Shown here: positions 54,757 through 64,000 of the stretch, in pieces | Layout of the letters: every line of letters starts with the position of its first letter | Numbering within the stretch: position 1 is the stretch's first letter | IMG/VR virus record: IMGVR_UViG_3300034107_000725 | Location: 64,001 to 128,000 of that record | From: a virus | Reading direction: 5' to 3' (one strand) | Length of the DNA stretch: 64,000 nt | Notes under the pieces: model-generated | The model's database searches: none | What the model was told of the DNA's origin: nothing | The model's input: only the letters and a program-made list of their open reading frames with translations | Program-made: the position numbers and the translations under genes

Positions 54757-56368
54757 GCTCCAGACTCACACCGTTGAACAACCGGATAGCGATATCACCG
54801 CGTTCATTCTGAGCTGCAACCGACTCGACCTGCTATCACGCACGGTCGAGTCGTTCTTACAGACTCGGGACATGCCAACCAAGATCGTAATCCTGGACGA
54901 CAGCGGTGTGGATGGTGTGTTTGAACTGCTGGTTCAGCGTTACGGACAGATCGCAGATATCGTTTGCTTCCCAGAGAACCGTGGTCTCTGGTGGGCCAAG
55001 GATTTCATGATCTCGTACTGCTTCACCAAGTACATCTTTTACATAGAAGATGACTGGCTGTTCTTGCAGCCCGGTTACCTGATTAGATCTAAAGCGATCC
55101 TTGAAAAGGATCGTACAATCGGTTCGATTGATCTTTCGTGGCGGACGTTTGAAGAAGAGGGCATGGACGCTTACGACCCTGAACTGGTCGACGATGCCTA
55201 CTTCCACAAAAAGCCTTGGCAGATTACCGAAGGACACTTGCACTGGTTCTGCTGGCAGGGCAGTCCGAATCTAAAACGTCGGGAAGACCTGATCCTGCTG
55301 GGCCGGGTTGAGAGCTATTACACCGAGTGGAATATCGATCGCAAGTTCTATGCCCTGGGTCTAAGAGGTGTTTATCTCAAGGACCGGTATGTAACACACC
55401 TGGGCGACTTCGCCAGCTTGATGGTGAACAAACGCCCGAACGAGCAGAACACTCCAGAAATCTTATATCCAGAAGAGCTGAAGGCTAACAGGTTATTCCC
55501 GGCTTTCGACTACTACGGATTAGATCAGGTGGCTTTAGACATTCGCGGAGATGTTCCAAGGCATCGACAAAATAAGCAGGTGCTGGTGACTTGTGTGCTC
55601 GACATCGGGCGAGAAGCCTACGATCGCCGAAGTTTCCTGGATCACTACATCGAAGGTTTGGAACAGCTGATTGAGCTAAACCGACCGCTGGTTATCTTTG
55701 TAGACGATCGGTACTACATAGATGTCTTAAAGCTCACGGGCGGTCGTCCGATAAAGGTCATCTCGGTTGCTCCGGAACTGATCAAGTGGCGACCCATCTA
55801 TCCACGACTAAAGGAAATCTGCGAGTCCAAGCAGTGGGCATCACAATCAGACTGGATGCAGGGAAGCATCATCCAATCCCCTGATTACATAGGATTGACG
55901 CTGCACAAGATGGAACTGTTGATGCACTGCGTCAATCACAGCGTATTCCGTTCTGACTCTTATTACTGGGTTGATGCCGGTATGTGTCGCAGCTACCACG
56001 TGAGCAATCTTCGTGGCTGTGATTTTGACAAGCTGCCAGCGACGCGATTCTTTATGACTACGTTTCCGTATCCCATGCCAGAGTCTGTTCCAGAGATGCA
56101 CGGCTATTCTCGTAACGGATTTCTGGAACTTTGCGGGCGTATTCCAAACACAGTTTGCAGGGCTACCATTTTCGGTGGCACCAAGCAGGCTATCTCTGAC
56201 GTGTATGTGCAGTACAATGAGTTCTTGAAGCAATCACTTGCAGCAGGGTATATCGGAACAGAAGAGGCAATTTTCTCTGGGTTGGCTATCACCCGCCAGG
56301 AACTGTTCAATCTGGTCCCTATGCATACCGGCGACATTCGGAACTATCTCAACACGTTACGCCACTGA
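54746..56368 (+). CDS. GT2-like domain fused to an HtrL/WlaTC-like glycosyltransferase domain
   Basis: [10 protein letters not shown]...ILDDS...FYIEDDW; [10 protein letters not shown]...YYWVDAG...FGGTK. Confidence 0.7.
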   Translation: MPNKLQTHTVEQPDSDITAFILSCNRLDLLSRTVESFLQTRDMPTKIVILDDSGVDGVFELLVQRYGQIADIVCFPENRGLWWAKDFMISYCFTKYIFYIEDDWLFLQPGYLIRSKAILEKDRTIGSIDLSWRTFEEEGMDAYDPELVDDAYFHKKPWQITEGHLHWFCWQGSPNLKRREDLILLGRVESYYTEWNIDRKFYALGLRGVYLKDRYVTHLGDFASLMVNKRPNEQNTPEILYPEELKANRLFPAFDYYGLDQVALDIRGDVPRHRQNKQVLVTCVLDIGREAYDRRSFLDHYIEGLEQLIELNRPLVIFVDDRYYIDVLKLTGGRPIKVISVAPELIKWRPIYPRLKEICESKQWASQSDWMQGSIIQSPDYIGLTLHKMELLMHCVNHSVFRSDSYYWVDAGMCRSYHVSNLRGCDFDKLPATRFFMTTFPYPMPESVPEMHGYSRNGFLELCGRIPNTVCRATIFGGTKQAISDVYVQYNEFLKQSLAAGYIGTEEAIFSGLAITRQELFNLVPMHTGDIRNYLNTLRH

Positions 56369-56395
56369 CACCTTCCCGCTTACGGAGTCATACGG

Positions 56396-57367
56396 ATGTT
56401 ACCGGACGGAACCTCACCGCTCACATTACCTACGGAAACGCTGACCGCAGAACAGCAGAACACCATCCGACCAAAACAGACGGTCATAGACGGTTGTCCT
56501 GTTCTTCCAAAGCTCCAATGTCATGAAGTTCAGATGGGCCAAGACGCTCGACTGATCTGGAACTTTAAGAATCCACAGGGTGAATTCGTGGATTTAACAG
56601 ATGCTTTAAGTTACTCCAGTGCTTCTGGAGCCACATTTGACGCAGTCGGAACACCTGGACAAGGTGTGACGCTTCGTATGCGTGAACTGAGCGGTGCAGA
56701 TTACCGTGACGAGATCTATTCAATCAACGTCACGGTGTTGGATGCAGCTAGCGGTTTGGTACGAGCCGACTCGTTACCCGATGCTATCGTTCGAGCTCCT
56801 GGTGTTTACATGGAAGAGTGGGGTGTGTTTACGTCAGAAGGTCGCATGTTGTTTAGCAACCAGTGCTGCACCTTCGTGCGTCGTGGTTTGTTTGGTGTAG
56901 ACACTGATCCAACCAAGCGAAATCTAGGCCCACCGACACTGGAAGAGATTCGCATGGCACTGAGAGACAACGCCCCGCAAGATAACATGTTGCTCGACGA
57001 AGTGGAGTTTGATGCAGCTGAGATCGCTCAGGCGGTTCTGCGGCCCATTCAGTATTGGAACGAAACCCCACCACCCATCCAACCTATGCTGACAACCAAG
57101 ACGTTTCCATTTCGGGAAATGTGGATGCTTGGGATTCAGTCTTACCTGTTCAGCATGGCCGCCAACCATTACAGACGAAACCAACTTGCTTACTCAGCTG
57201 GTGGCATGTCTGTGGATGATAAGAATAAAGAACAACAGTATCTGGCTGCCGGTAACATGCTACAGCAGCAGTTCCGCGAGATGCTGAGAGCCAAAAAGAT
57301 TGAGATCAACATCAGTCTGTTTTCGGGTAGCTTGGGCTCACCATACGGCAGCATGTTCTATTCCTGA
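56396..57367 (+). CDS. Head-tail connector/neck protein
   Basis: Ig/BppU-like N-terminal domain, then TLEEIRMALRD...LLDEVEF...AANHYRRNQLAYSAGG; position before the tail genes. Confidence 0.6.
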   Translation: MLPDGTSPLTLPTETLTAEQQNTIRPKQTVIDGCPVLPKLQCHEVQMGQDARLIWNFKNPQGEFVDLTDALSYSSASGATFDAVGTPGQGVTLRMRELSGADYRDEIYSINVTVLDAASGLVRADSLPDAIVRAPGVYMEEWGVFTSEGRMLFSNQCCTFVRRGLFGVDTDPTKRNLGPPTLEEIRMALRDNAPQDNMLLDEVEFDAAEIAQAVLRPIQYWNETPPPIQPMLTTKTFPFREMWMLGIQSYLFSMAANHYRRNQLAYSAGGMSVDDKNKEQQYLAAGNMLQQQFREMLRAKKIEINISLFSGSLGSPYGSMFYS

Positions 57368-57387
57368 GCACAAAAGGAGTCTGGGCC

Positions 57388-58305
57388 ATGCCGGAAGGAA
57401 TGGTAAATTTACCTACCAATATTATCAGCAACGAGAACTTTGCAGTCTCTTGCGAACCTAATCAGTGCGTACCTGACTGTGCCAACGTATTTGAAATGGT
57501 ACACGTCTCGTATCTGATTCGCGGCGGCACGCGTGTTATGTGGACGTTGACTGACTCGTTTAATGATCCAACTCCGTGGTTGTTTCAGCTGCAAGCCAGT
57601 CGAGTGGCAAACCAAAACGCGGACGACTGGGAAAACATCGGGCTGCCTGTAGAGAATTCCTGCTACGCGATTGATGCGACAAAGCAAAACTACGCAAAAG
57701 CCCCACAAGATGCTCACTATCGGATTAAACTGACTACCCCGCAGGCAACGTATTACTCCAATCCTACGGCGGCGGCTGGCATTTTAATGCCCAGAGACTG
57801 GCGACTGGCTCAAGAAATTATACGTAAAGAGCGGATACGTTTCAGATACAGCTCACAGGATGGTTATCTGCTGAAACGTCGAATTACAGGTGCAGACTGT
57901 CCGAGGTGTCTGGACTTACAGACGATGGAAGTTACCGATCCTTACTGCACACAATGTTGGGGCACAGGTAAAGAATGTGGTTACTACTATCCACTGGGCT
58001 GCATCTGGGCCGACTTGTCGCCCGTTACTCGCAAGAAGAACTTGGATGACCAAGGCATGCGAGGTACGGTTCAAGACGTCATAGTTGCCGGACGCATGTT
58101 GATGCTTCCGCTGCTTGACGAAATGGATGTCTGGGTAAGCCGAAAGACAGATGATCGTTACTATATTCAGGCCATCAAGGGTGTGGCGGAAATCCGGGGT
58201 GTCCCGCTTATTGCCACCGTAGAGATGCGGCCAGCACCCTACACGGATGTGATCTACAACATTCCTATTCCGCAACAAGACGCTTGGTTACAACAAACTT
58301 GCTGA
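57388..58305 (+). CDS. Neck/head-closure protein with a Zn-finger
   Basis: RRITGADCPRC...CTQCWGTGKECGY. Confidence 0.65.
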   Translation: MPEGMVNLPTNIISNENFAVSCEPNQCVPDCANVFEMVHVSYLIRGGTRVMWTLTDSFNDPTPWLFQLQASRVANQNADDWENIGLPVENSCYAIDATKQNYAKAPQDAHYRIKLTTPQATYYSNPTAAAGILMPRDWRLAQEIIRKERIRFRYSSQDGYLLKRRITGADCPRCLDLQTMEVTDPYCTQCWGTGKECGYYYPLGCIWADLSPVTRKKNLDDQGMRGTVQDVIVAGRMLMLPLLDEMDVWVSRKTDDRYYIQAIKGVAEIRGVPLIATVEMRPAPYTDVIYNIPIPQQDAWLQQTC

Positions 58306-58313
58306 GGTAATTG

Positions 58314-58601
58314 ATGCCATACATTCCACGATCCATAGCTCCAAGTGGTATGATTGATCCAGCGACTGTGCCTCGAGCTCCGCGATCTGCAGCTGCTAAG
58401 CCACCCGTGGCTTACGCTGGCGGGGGTAAAGACAATCCAACGACCAAGTCTGACAGTGGCCGCCAAAAGATGGTTAATCGAATCAACATGGTTGACTGGG
58501 ACGTGGAGCCTGTCAAAGTTTACAAACAACTGACTGACAAGGAGCTGGATATCGATGAGCACAGCCGAATGGTGTCCCCCGGCAGGAACTCCGCCCAGTA
58601 A
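58314..58601 (+). CDS. Small hypothetical protein
   Basis: SD GAGG; in-operon. Confidence 0.5.
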   Translation: MPYIPRSIAPSGMIDPATVPRAPRSAAAKPPVAYAGGGKDNPTTKSDSGRQKMVNRINMVDWDVEPVKVYKQLTDKELDIDEHSRMVSPGRNSAQ

Positions 58602-59289
58602 AGATGCTTGCAAACCTCAAAGCACAATCGATGTTGATTATCTGTGCGACAACGGTTGGCAACCGTTACTCATCACAGGGTTCCTCCGCGACTTGTTGAT
58701 TCGCCAGTGGGCGAATCCTCAGAACATCATAAGTCCTGAGATGAAACAATACGTATGGAGCGAGCAAGCGTCTTCCGGTATATTAATTGAAAGCGTGTAT
58801 CGTTATCGTGCAGACCTCGTCGAGAAGCGTCCAGCGATCATGATTAAACGTAACTCGTATCGGAACATGCAAACCGGGTTTGCCGGTCAGTCGATAGGAG
58901 CGGGCATTGCGGCATATCCAAACGAAAAGGGTGCGATCAGCCGCCACTCGACCCTGATGATAGGGTCGCACACTCTTTTCTGCATCCACGCAACGGGTGC
59001 TTCAGCAGAGATACTCGCGTCGGAAGTTGTCACTCACCTGATTGGCTGCTTATATCCGATTCGCATGCATCTCGGACTGAGACAATTCTCAGTAACAGAA
59101 GTCGGTGCGATCCAAGAGCTTGAAGAGTCTCGGGAGCACTATGTGGTTCCAGTCACTGTCGGATGGGGTTACGAACACGTCTGGGAGTTGAAGCTGGAAT
59201 CACTTCCACTGCAAGCTGTTTCACTTACAGGGCTGCTTGGTCCGGACGCAAATGATGTTGCTCTGGGCACAAGCTATCAAGGCCCGTGA
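58555..59289 (+). CDS. Tail completion/terminator-like protein
   Basis: Immediately upstream of the sheath; RPAIMIKRN...VVPVTVGW. Confidence 0.55.
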   Translation: MSTAEWCPPAGTPPSKDACKPQSTIDVDYLCDNGWQPLLITGFLRDLLIRQWANPQNIISPEMKQYVWSEQASSGILIESVYRYRADLVEKRPAIMIKRNSYRNMQTGFAGQSIGAGIAAYPNEKGAISRHSTLMIGSHTLFCIHATGASAEILASEVVTHLIGCLYPIRMHLGLRQFSVTEVGAIQELEESREHYVVPVTVGWGYEHVWELKLESLPLQAVSLTGLLGPDANDVALGTSYQGP

Positions 59290-59322
59290 TTTCCGAGTAT
59301 CTAGGCTATGGAGGCCTGACAC

Positions 59323-62157
59323 ATGGCGACGTATGTTTTACCTCAGGTTCTGGTTTTCCAGGACTTCACGATTCAACCCGCTGTTGCTGCCAATCCCCTG
59401 TCTGCTCACATTGCAGGCGGTCACGCTTACCTGGTTCGCGAGAGCGAAACCAACGAACGTGAATTTGGAAACATTGGCTTGTACGACAACGCTGTCGACA
59501 ACTCAACGCTTTGGCCAAATCGCCCCGCTGGCGGCATTGTAGACCCAACCTACACAAAGCTCTTCGTCGAAAACGCACTGCTAAGATATTTCGACGACGC
59601 ACTTAGCGGCGGCGACACCATTAGCGTTGTAGGCGATTATCCTAACCGGATTGAGGCTTACAATACCATCTTTGCCACAGGCAATGGGTACAACCGTTCC
59701 AGCACTCTTTACGACCGGGACGTGCAGATTGGCGACGTGATTCGCGTTCGCGGTGTGTGCTCGGTTGGCGGCGTTGAGCATGTCCTTTGGACCTACGTCC
59801 GTGGGTTGGTCGCTAACACAGTTGCCGCAGGTATTGCCGCAGCAACTGTCGACGCAGCTAACGAAGGTACTTACAATCCTACGGCTACGGCTGTTCAGAC
59901 TGACGGGGCTTTGAACTGTGTCCACGCAACCGCAACCGGTACAAACTATGACGGTTTGCCAAGCGGACACCTTGGAGAAATTTACACGATTCGTGTAACG
60001 GACAGTTCCATCAGTGGTGACTTTACAACGGCACGCTTGCGTGTGATCTCTGGCAGTGGTACTGACGATCAAATCACAGTCACACCTGCCGCAGCAGGGG
60101 CAGAAACGACAATTGGTACTCGCGGGTTGACTGTGACCTTCCTCAAATATGGGGGTGGTAACAGCTGTTCGCTTTCCGCGGCTAACGAAGACATCTCTGC
60201 CGACGACCTGATTGCCGGGCAGGAATTCCAAGTTGCGGTGTCCCAAGATTTTGATCCGACAACAGTGACGTCCAACACTGGTGGTACTTACACTGGAAGT
60301 AACGACACTACGTACATCATAAAGGTTACCAAAGGCGGCAAGTTCGCTGGCGGTGCTCCTGAGATCACAGTCACCACCACCAACGGTGTAGACCAGAGCG
60401 GTCCTCACATCGTTACAGGTACTGGTTCTGCAATCGCCATCGGTACCCAAGGCGTCACCATTACGTTTGGTACTTCTGCGGGTCTCGCCCTAGGCGATCG
60501 TTTCTACATTGGCGTGACAAGCGTTACGGCTGCCGAAATCAACACCATAGTGCTAGGTCACAACCTAGACCCAGATTTCATAGACGGTGATGAAGTCAGC
60601 GTCGAGCTTTACATCCGCAAACCTTTGCTGGAAGTAACAGCTAACCGTACTGGTATGGCTCCGTTAACCAACTGGGAACAGTCGGAAACCGAGATCACTG
60701 TCAAGTCCGGTATCGTTGCTTACGACGCCAGTTGGACCGACGAAGGCCAACCACTGCCGCTGGATGTTTACTCCTCCGCGACTCTGGACTACGGTAACCT
60801 GTATGTTCAGTATCGTGCCTGGTTGCCAACACTGGCCAGTCAAGTCAACAGCATCATCGACGTCGCAACCATTGACGATATCTCCGGTGCTCTCACACCT
60901 GACAACCCGCTGAAGTGGGGCGTGTTCAAGGCTCTCACCAACAGCAACGGCACTCCTGTGCTTTACACAGCTGTGCTCAATCCTGACGACGTCAACACCT
61001 GGGACGAAGTGCTTGAAGTCCTGCTGTCTCGCGACGACGCTTATGGTTTGGTACCACTGACCCGTAATCCAACGGTGATTGGGCTGTACCAGGCTCACGT
61101 GAACAGCTGCTCGTCTCCAACTGAAGGTCTGTGGCGTGTGGCCTGGGTTAACCTGAAGGGTATTCCGGAAATTCCGGTAGTGTCTGCAGGTTCTACCGTG
61201 GCTAACCACTTGATCGCAACAACCACGGACGGACAAGTAGCCTTGGCCGTGTTTGAAGACGACCCACAAACCACCGGTTCACAGTACACCATCTGTCGTG
61301 TACCTACGGCCAACGTCAACTTCCTGACAAACGATGTCATCCCTGGTGACATTGTGCGTGCTCTTTACACCGGCGATGGTTTTGGTAACTACACCTACAG
61401 CGAATTCGTTGTAGATGAAGTGCAGTCAGAAAACCAACTTCGGGTTAAGACTGGCCCAGATGCTCCACAAAGCATTCCGGCAAAGATTGAGATCTGGCGT
61501 AACCTGTCAGCAACTCAAGAAGCCATTGAAATTGGTCAGACTGCTGGTGCTTACTCTAACCGGCGTGTTCGTGCCACCTGGCCCGACCTGATCGAATCTG
61601 ACGGCCTTGTTCAAGAAGGTTACTTCCTGAACGCTGCCTTGGCTGGGCTATCCTCTGGTGTGCTGCCACAACAAGGTTTGACCCACCTGTCCATCTCGGG
61701 CTTCTCCAGTACACAGCGTACGAACGATAAGTTCAACCGCCCACAACTGAATCAAATGGCTCTGGATGGCGTCTGGATTGTAGAGCAAACCATCTCAGGT
61801 CAGATCTACACCCGACACGCTCTGACCACTGGCGTCTACAGTGACATCAACCAACGTGAAGAAATGCTGACCCGTAACGTGGACAGCATCAGCTACCGCT
61901 TCAAGGATTTCTTTGCCCCATACATTGGTGTTACCAACGTGACTCCAAGCATGGAAGCTCAAATTCGTCTAGGATTAGGTGCATTGATTTCCACTCTGCA
62001 AATTGAGCGTTACACTCAAAATTTGGGTGGTCAGCTTATCGGTGCTACAGTCGAGCGGTTCTCTGTTTCCGCAATATTTAAAGATCGTTACGTTGCCTTC
62101 ATTAACTTGCAGGTTCCGTACGCTCTAAACAACATCGAACTACACCTCGTAGTCTGA
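59323..62157 (+). CDS. Contractile tail sheath protein (944 aa)
   Basis: Sheath-like C-terminal domain AALAGLSSG...LNQMALDGVWIVEQ...TRNVDSISY...YIG; followed by a tube gene. Confidence 0.85.
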   Translation: MATYVLPQVLVFQDFTIQPAVAANPLSAHIAGGHAYLVRESETNEREFGNIGLYDNAVDNSTLWPNRPAGGIVDPTYTKLFVENALLRYFDDALSGGDTISVVGDYPNRIEAYNTIFATGNGYNRSSTLYDRDVQIGDVIRVRGVCSVGGVEHVLWTYVRGLVANTVAAGIAAATVDAANEGTYNPTATAVQTDGALNCVHATATGTNYDGLPSGHLGEIYTIRVTDSSISGDFTTARLRVISGSGTDDQITVTPAAAGAETTIGTRGLTVTFLKYGGGNSCSLSAANEDISADDLIAGQEFQVAVSQDFDPTTVTSNTGGTYTGSNDTTYIIKVTKGGKFAGGAPEITVTTTNGVDQSGPHIVTGTGSAIAIGTQGVTITFGTSAGLALGDRFYIGVTSVTAAEINTIVLGHNLDPDFIDGDEVSVELYIRKPLLEVTANRTGMAPLTNWEQSETEITVKSGIVAYDASWTDEGQPLPLDVYSSATLDYGNLYVQYRAWLPTLASQVNSIIDVATIDDISGALTPDNPLKWGVFKALTNSNGTPVLYTAVLNPDDVNTWDEVLEVLLSRDDAYGLVPLTRNPTVIGLYQAHVNSCSSPTEGLWRVAWVNLKGIPEIPVVSAGSTVANHLIATTTDGQVALAVFEDDPQTTGSQYTICRVPTANVNFLTNDVIPGDIVRALYTGDGFGNYTYSEFVVDEVQSENQLRVKTGPDAPQSIPAKIEIWRNLSATQEAIEIGQTAGAYSNRRVRATWPDLIESDGLVQEGYFLNAALAGLSSGVLPQQGLTHLSISGFSSTQRTNDKFNRPQLNQMALDGVWIVEQTISGQIYTRHALTTGVYSDINQREEMLTRNVDSISYRFKDFFAPYIGVTNVTPSMEAQIRLGLGALISTLQIERYTQNLGGQLIGATVERFSVSAIFKDRYVAFINLQVPYALNNIELHLVV

Positions 62158-62166
62158 TGATGCCAA

Positions 62167-62192
62167 TACCCGGGGCTAGCCAGCCCCGGGTA
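62167..62192 (+). other. Perfect 11-bp hairpin between the sheath and tube genes
   Basis: TACCCGGGGCT-AGCC-AGCCCCGGGTA, no U tract. Confidence 0.7.
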
Positions 62193-62257
62193 CCTTTCCT
62201 TCGCGACTAAACGTCACGGGTGGCATCGTGACTTTCCTGAATCAAGGAGTGATTCCA

Positions 62258-62734
62258 ATGGCAGGTGTATACGCAAAGCAAGACACACAGCACCTCGGTT
62301 CCTTTTCTTCAGACAGTGCAGTACTGACTGTAGACAAAGTCAAACTAGGTATTGTGCAAAATGCTCAAGTTCAATTTGCACAATCAATTGCCCGCGTTTA
62401 TGACGTCGGCAACGGCGGAGGCCAGGCTGCCAAAGGCAGTGTACCTGTCTGGTACGTCGGTGGTCGTACTCAAGGGCAGGCCACGCTTGCTCGTATTCTA
62501 GGACCGCAAGGCGATGCCCTAGCAGGCTTCTACCTAGCAATAGGTGATGTCTGTGCTCCACAAGACCTGACCTTTACGTTCAAAGCAGGTTGTTCTGGTG
62601 CGGGAACTTCTAAAGACACAGTTTACACCCTTAAAGCGGCTGTAGCGGTGAATATTGGGATCTCCGTCAGTGCTCAAGACATGATCGTGAACGAAAACGT
62701 ATCACTCATGTTTGCTAATCTTGACTTGACCTGA
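62258..62734 (+). CDS. Tail tube protein
   Basis: ~160 aa directly after the sheath; LGIVQNAQVQFAQSIARVYDVG; SD AAGGAG. Confidence 0.8.
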   Translation: MAGVYAKQDTQHLGSFSSDSAVLTVDKVKLGIVQNAQVQFAQSIARVYDVGNGGGQAAKGSVPVWYVGGRTQGQATLARILGPQGDALAGFYLAIGDVCAPQDLTFTFKAGCSGAGTSKDTVYTLKAAVAVNIGISVSAQDMIVNENVSLMFANLDLT

Positions 62735-62763
62735 TAAAGTTACTGCCACTAATAAATCCGGCT

Positions 62764-62780
62764 TTAATTCCGGATTTTAA
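62764..62780. promoter_or_regulatory. Recurrent site in reverse orientation (TTAATTCCGGATTTTAA)
   Basis: Exact reverse complement of TTAAAATCCGGAATTAA; a partial copy TAAATCCGG precedes it. Confidence 0.7.
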
Positions 62781-62782
62781 CG

Positions 62783-62817
62783 AGGCTGGCCCGTCCTATT
62801 CCGGGCCAGCCTTTTTT
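62783..62817 (+). terminator. Rho-independent terminator after the tail tube gene
   Basis: AGGCTGGCCCG-loop-CGGGCCAGCCT followed by a T tract. Confidence 0.85.
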
Positions 62818-62856
62818 CGAGCCTCGGCTCCAAACGCACCGTAAGGTGAGATATAT

Positions 62857-64000
62857 ATGATTCTGCCTCCTAATGCGGACAGCAAGCCTGCGGTTTATAA
62901 CGAACGCAGTACGGGTATCAGCTACGGCGATACCGGGTTAATTTCCGACATTCAGGCGATACAAGAATCGCAGCATCTTTGGATGCAACAACAAGACGGT
63001 CGTCAAGGTAGTGACACCAAGCAGACGGCAGTCAACCAATCTAATACTTTAGCCGACGACACACCGTTACGGGTCGGTCGTGTTTTGTTAGCTATGCCTT
63101 ACGTGCATTGTTATAAAGTTCAGCTTAGCGGTCGCCAAGGTACTTGTATTGCCACAGCCACAGCACGAGCATCCCATTCTCCGTTAGGTGTTCGTAGTGG
63201 TGATGTTATTCCACCCAACTCAAACGTGTTGTTGTGGAAACCACAAGCCTCGCAGATGGCCTACATTATTGCCGTACTGCCGATGGCCACGATGCACGAC
63301 AACTTCAACGCTTCTGACTTTATTCAACAGGGCGGTAACTCAGGTCCTAAGAAGATTGAAGCCTATCGAAATATTCCTAGAACCGCCACGATGGCCCATG
63401 GTTGGGTACCGCAGTCCTGTGGGCGACCTATGGACGGTACGATTGGCGAATACGTTCGCATGTCCGAGACCGGGATTGGTCTGCTGATTGATTCGTTCCA
63501 GACCTACCTTCGAGTTAATGAAGTCTGTGGTCTCTGGCTTAACTACTTTGACAACTATGCCAAGCTGGCCGGACTGTCTTTGAATATCATGTCGTACTGC
63601 GAGCACAACTTGCAGTACTACGACGAAGGCGAACTGTTCTCCGTGAAGGGGTACGCCACGTATCCCTGGGAATCCACTGGCATGTATGCGTCCGGTGAGA
63701 AGTTTTCAAAGACGAATTCTGCCGAATCTGTGCAGTTGGACAAGCAGTTTCCATTTGCGTTAGAAGATATCGAAGATCAAAGCCAGACACCGGTGTACCG
63801 TTTGACGGATTACACAGGCTACATGGGTCAAGGTTTCAACCGCACGTTGATGAAACCTGCCAAGGATTCTGGCAAGCGACTCATGACGCAGGCGGAAGCG
63901 GATAAGGATGTAGGGCTGTTTCAAGAGCTGTTGTCTTTAGACGGCGGTTACTCGATACGTTCAGCCAAGCAGGTAACGATTGCCAAGTATCCGTTGATCC
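62857..64000 (+). CDS. Large ORF truncated by the window end, possibly baseplate hub/spike (gp5/VgrG-like)
   Basis: Open from ATG 62857 to the window end with no stop when read codon by codon (absent from the ORF track); OB-fold-like LRVGRVLLAMPYVHCYKVQL; position after the tube gene. Confidence 0.55.
   Translation, partial: MILPPNADSKPAVYNERSTGISYGDTGLISDIQAIQESQHLWMQQQDGRQGSDTKQTAVNQSNTLADDTPLRVGRVLLAMPYVHCYKVQLSGRQGTCIATATARASHSPLGVRSGDVIPPNSNVLLWKPQASQMAYIIAVLPMATMHDNFNASDFIQQGGNSGPKKIEAYRNIPRTATMAHGWVPQSCGRPMDGTIGEYVRMSETGIGLLIDSFQTYLRVNEVCGLWLNYFDNYAKLAGLSLNIMSYCEHNLQYYDEGELFSVKGYATYPWESTGMYASGEKFSKTNSAESVQLDKQFPFALEDIEDQSQTPVYRLTDYTGYMGQGFNRTLMKPAKDSGKRLMTQAEADKDVGLFQELLSLDGGYSIRSAKQVTIAKYPLI

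Overview
The window is a 64-kb segment of a large lytic myovirus (contractile-tailed dsDNA phage), almost all on the + strand. The host is tentatively a Planctomycete (inference). 84-14226 is an accessory/metabolic block: thyX, glycosyltransferases, three sulfotransferase-like genes, a metallophosphoesterase, a solo LuxR HTH, a probable ~195-nt structured ncRNA, a 2H-fold protein lacking its histidines, csrA (the only credible - strand gene), a SET-domain protein, a PRTase-HAD fusion and class II RNR. 14343-40509 is a head/core block of Lys-x-Ala-rich proteins containing a phage multisubunit RNA polymerase (beta fused to the N-half of beta', plus a separate beta' C-half with a ~400-aa non-polymerase tail), prohead protease, scaffold and major capsid protein. 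40609-56368 holds a 3030-aa Pro-poor collagen-like fibre flanked by glycosyl-/methyltransferases. 56396-64000 holds neck, sheath, tube and a truncated baseplate-like gene. Top leads: (1) an apparently virion-packaged, stripped-down split/fused RNAP with a polyprotein-like tail; (2) a K-x-A head-protease processing code that also brackets the SET protein; (3) a near-palindromic TAAAATCCGGAATTA site recurring at gene boundaries; (4) a promoter-driven ncRNA with complementary loops, near csrA; (5) a possible virion glycosylation/sulfation system. All calls come from motif reading by eye; no searches were run.
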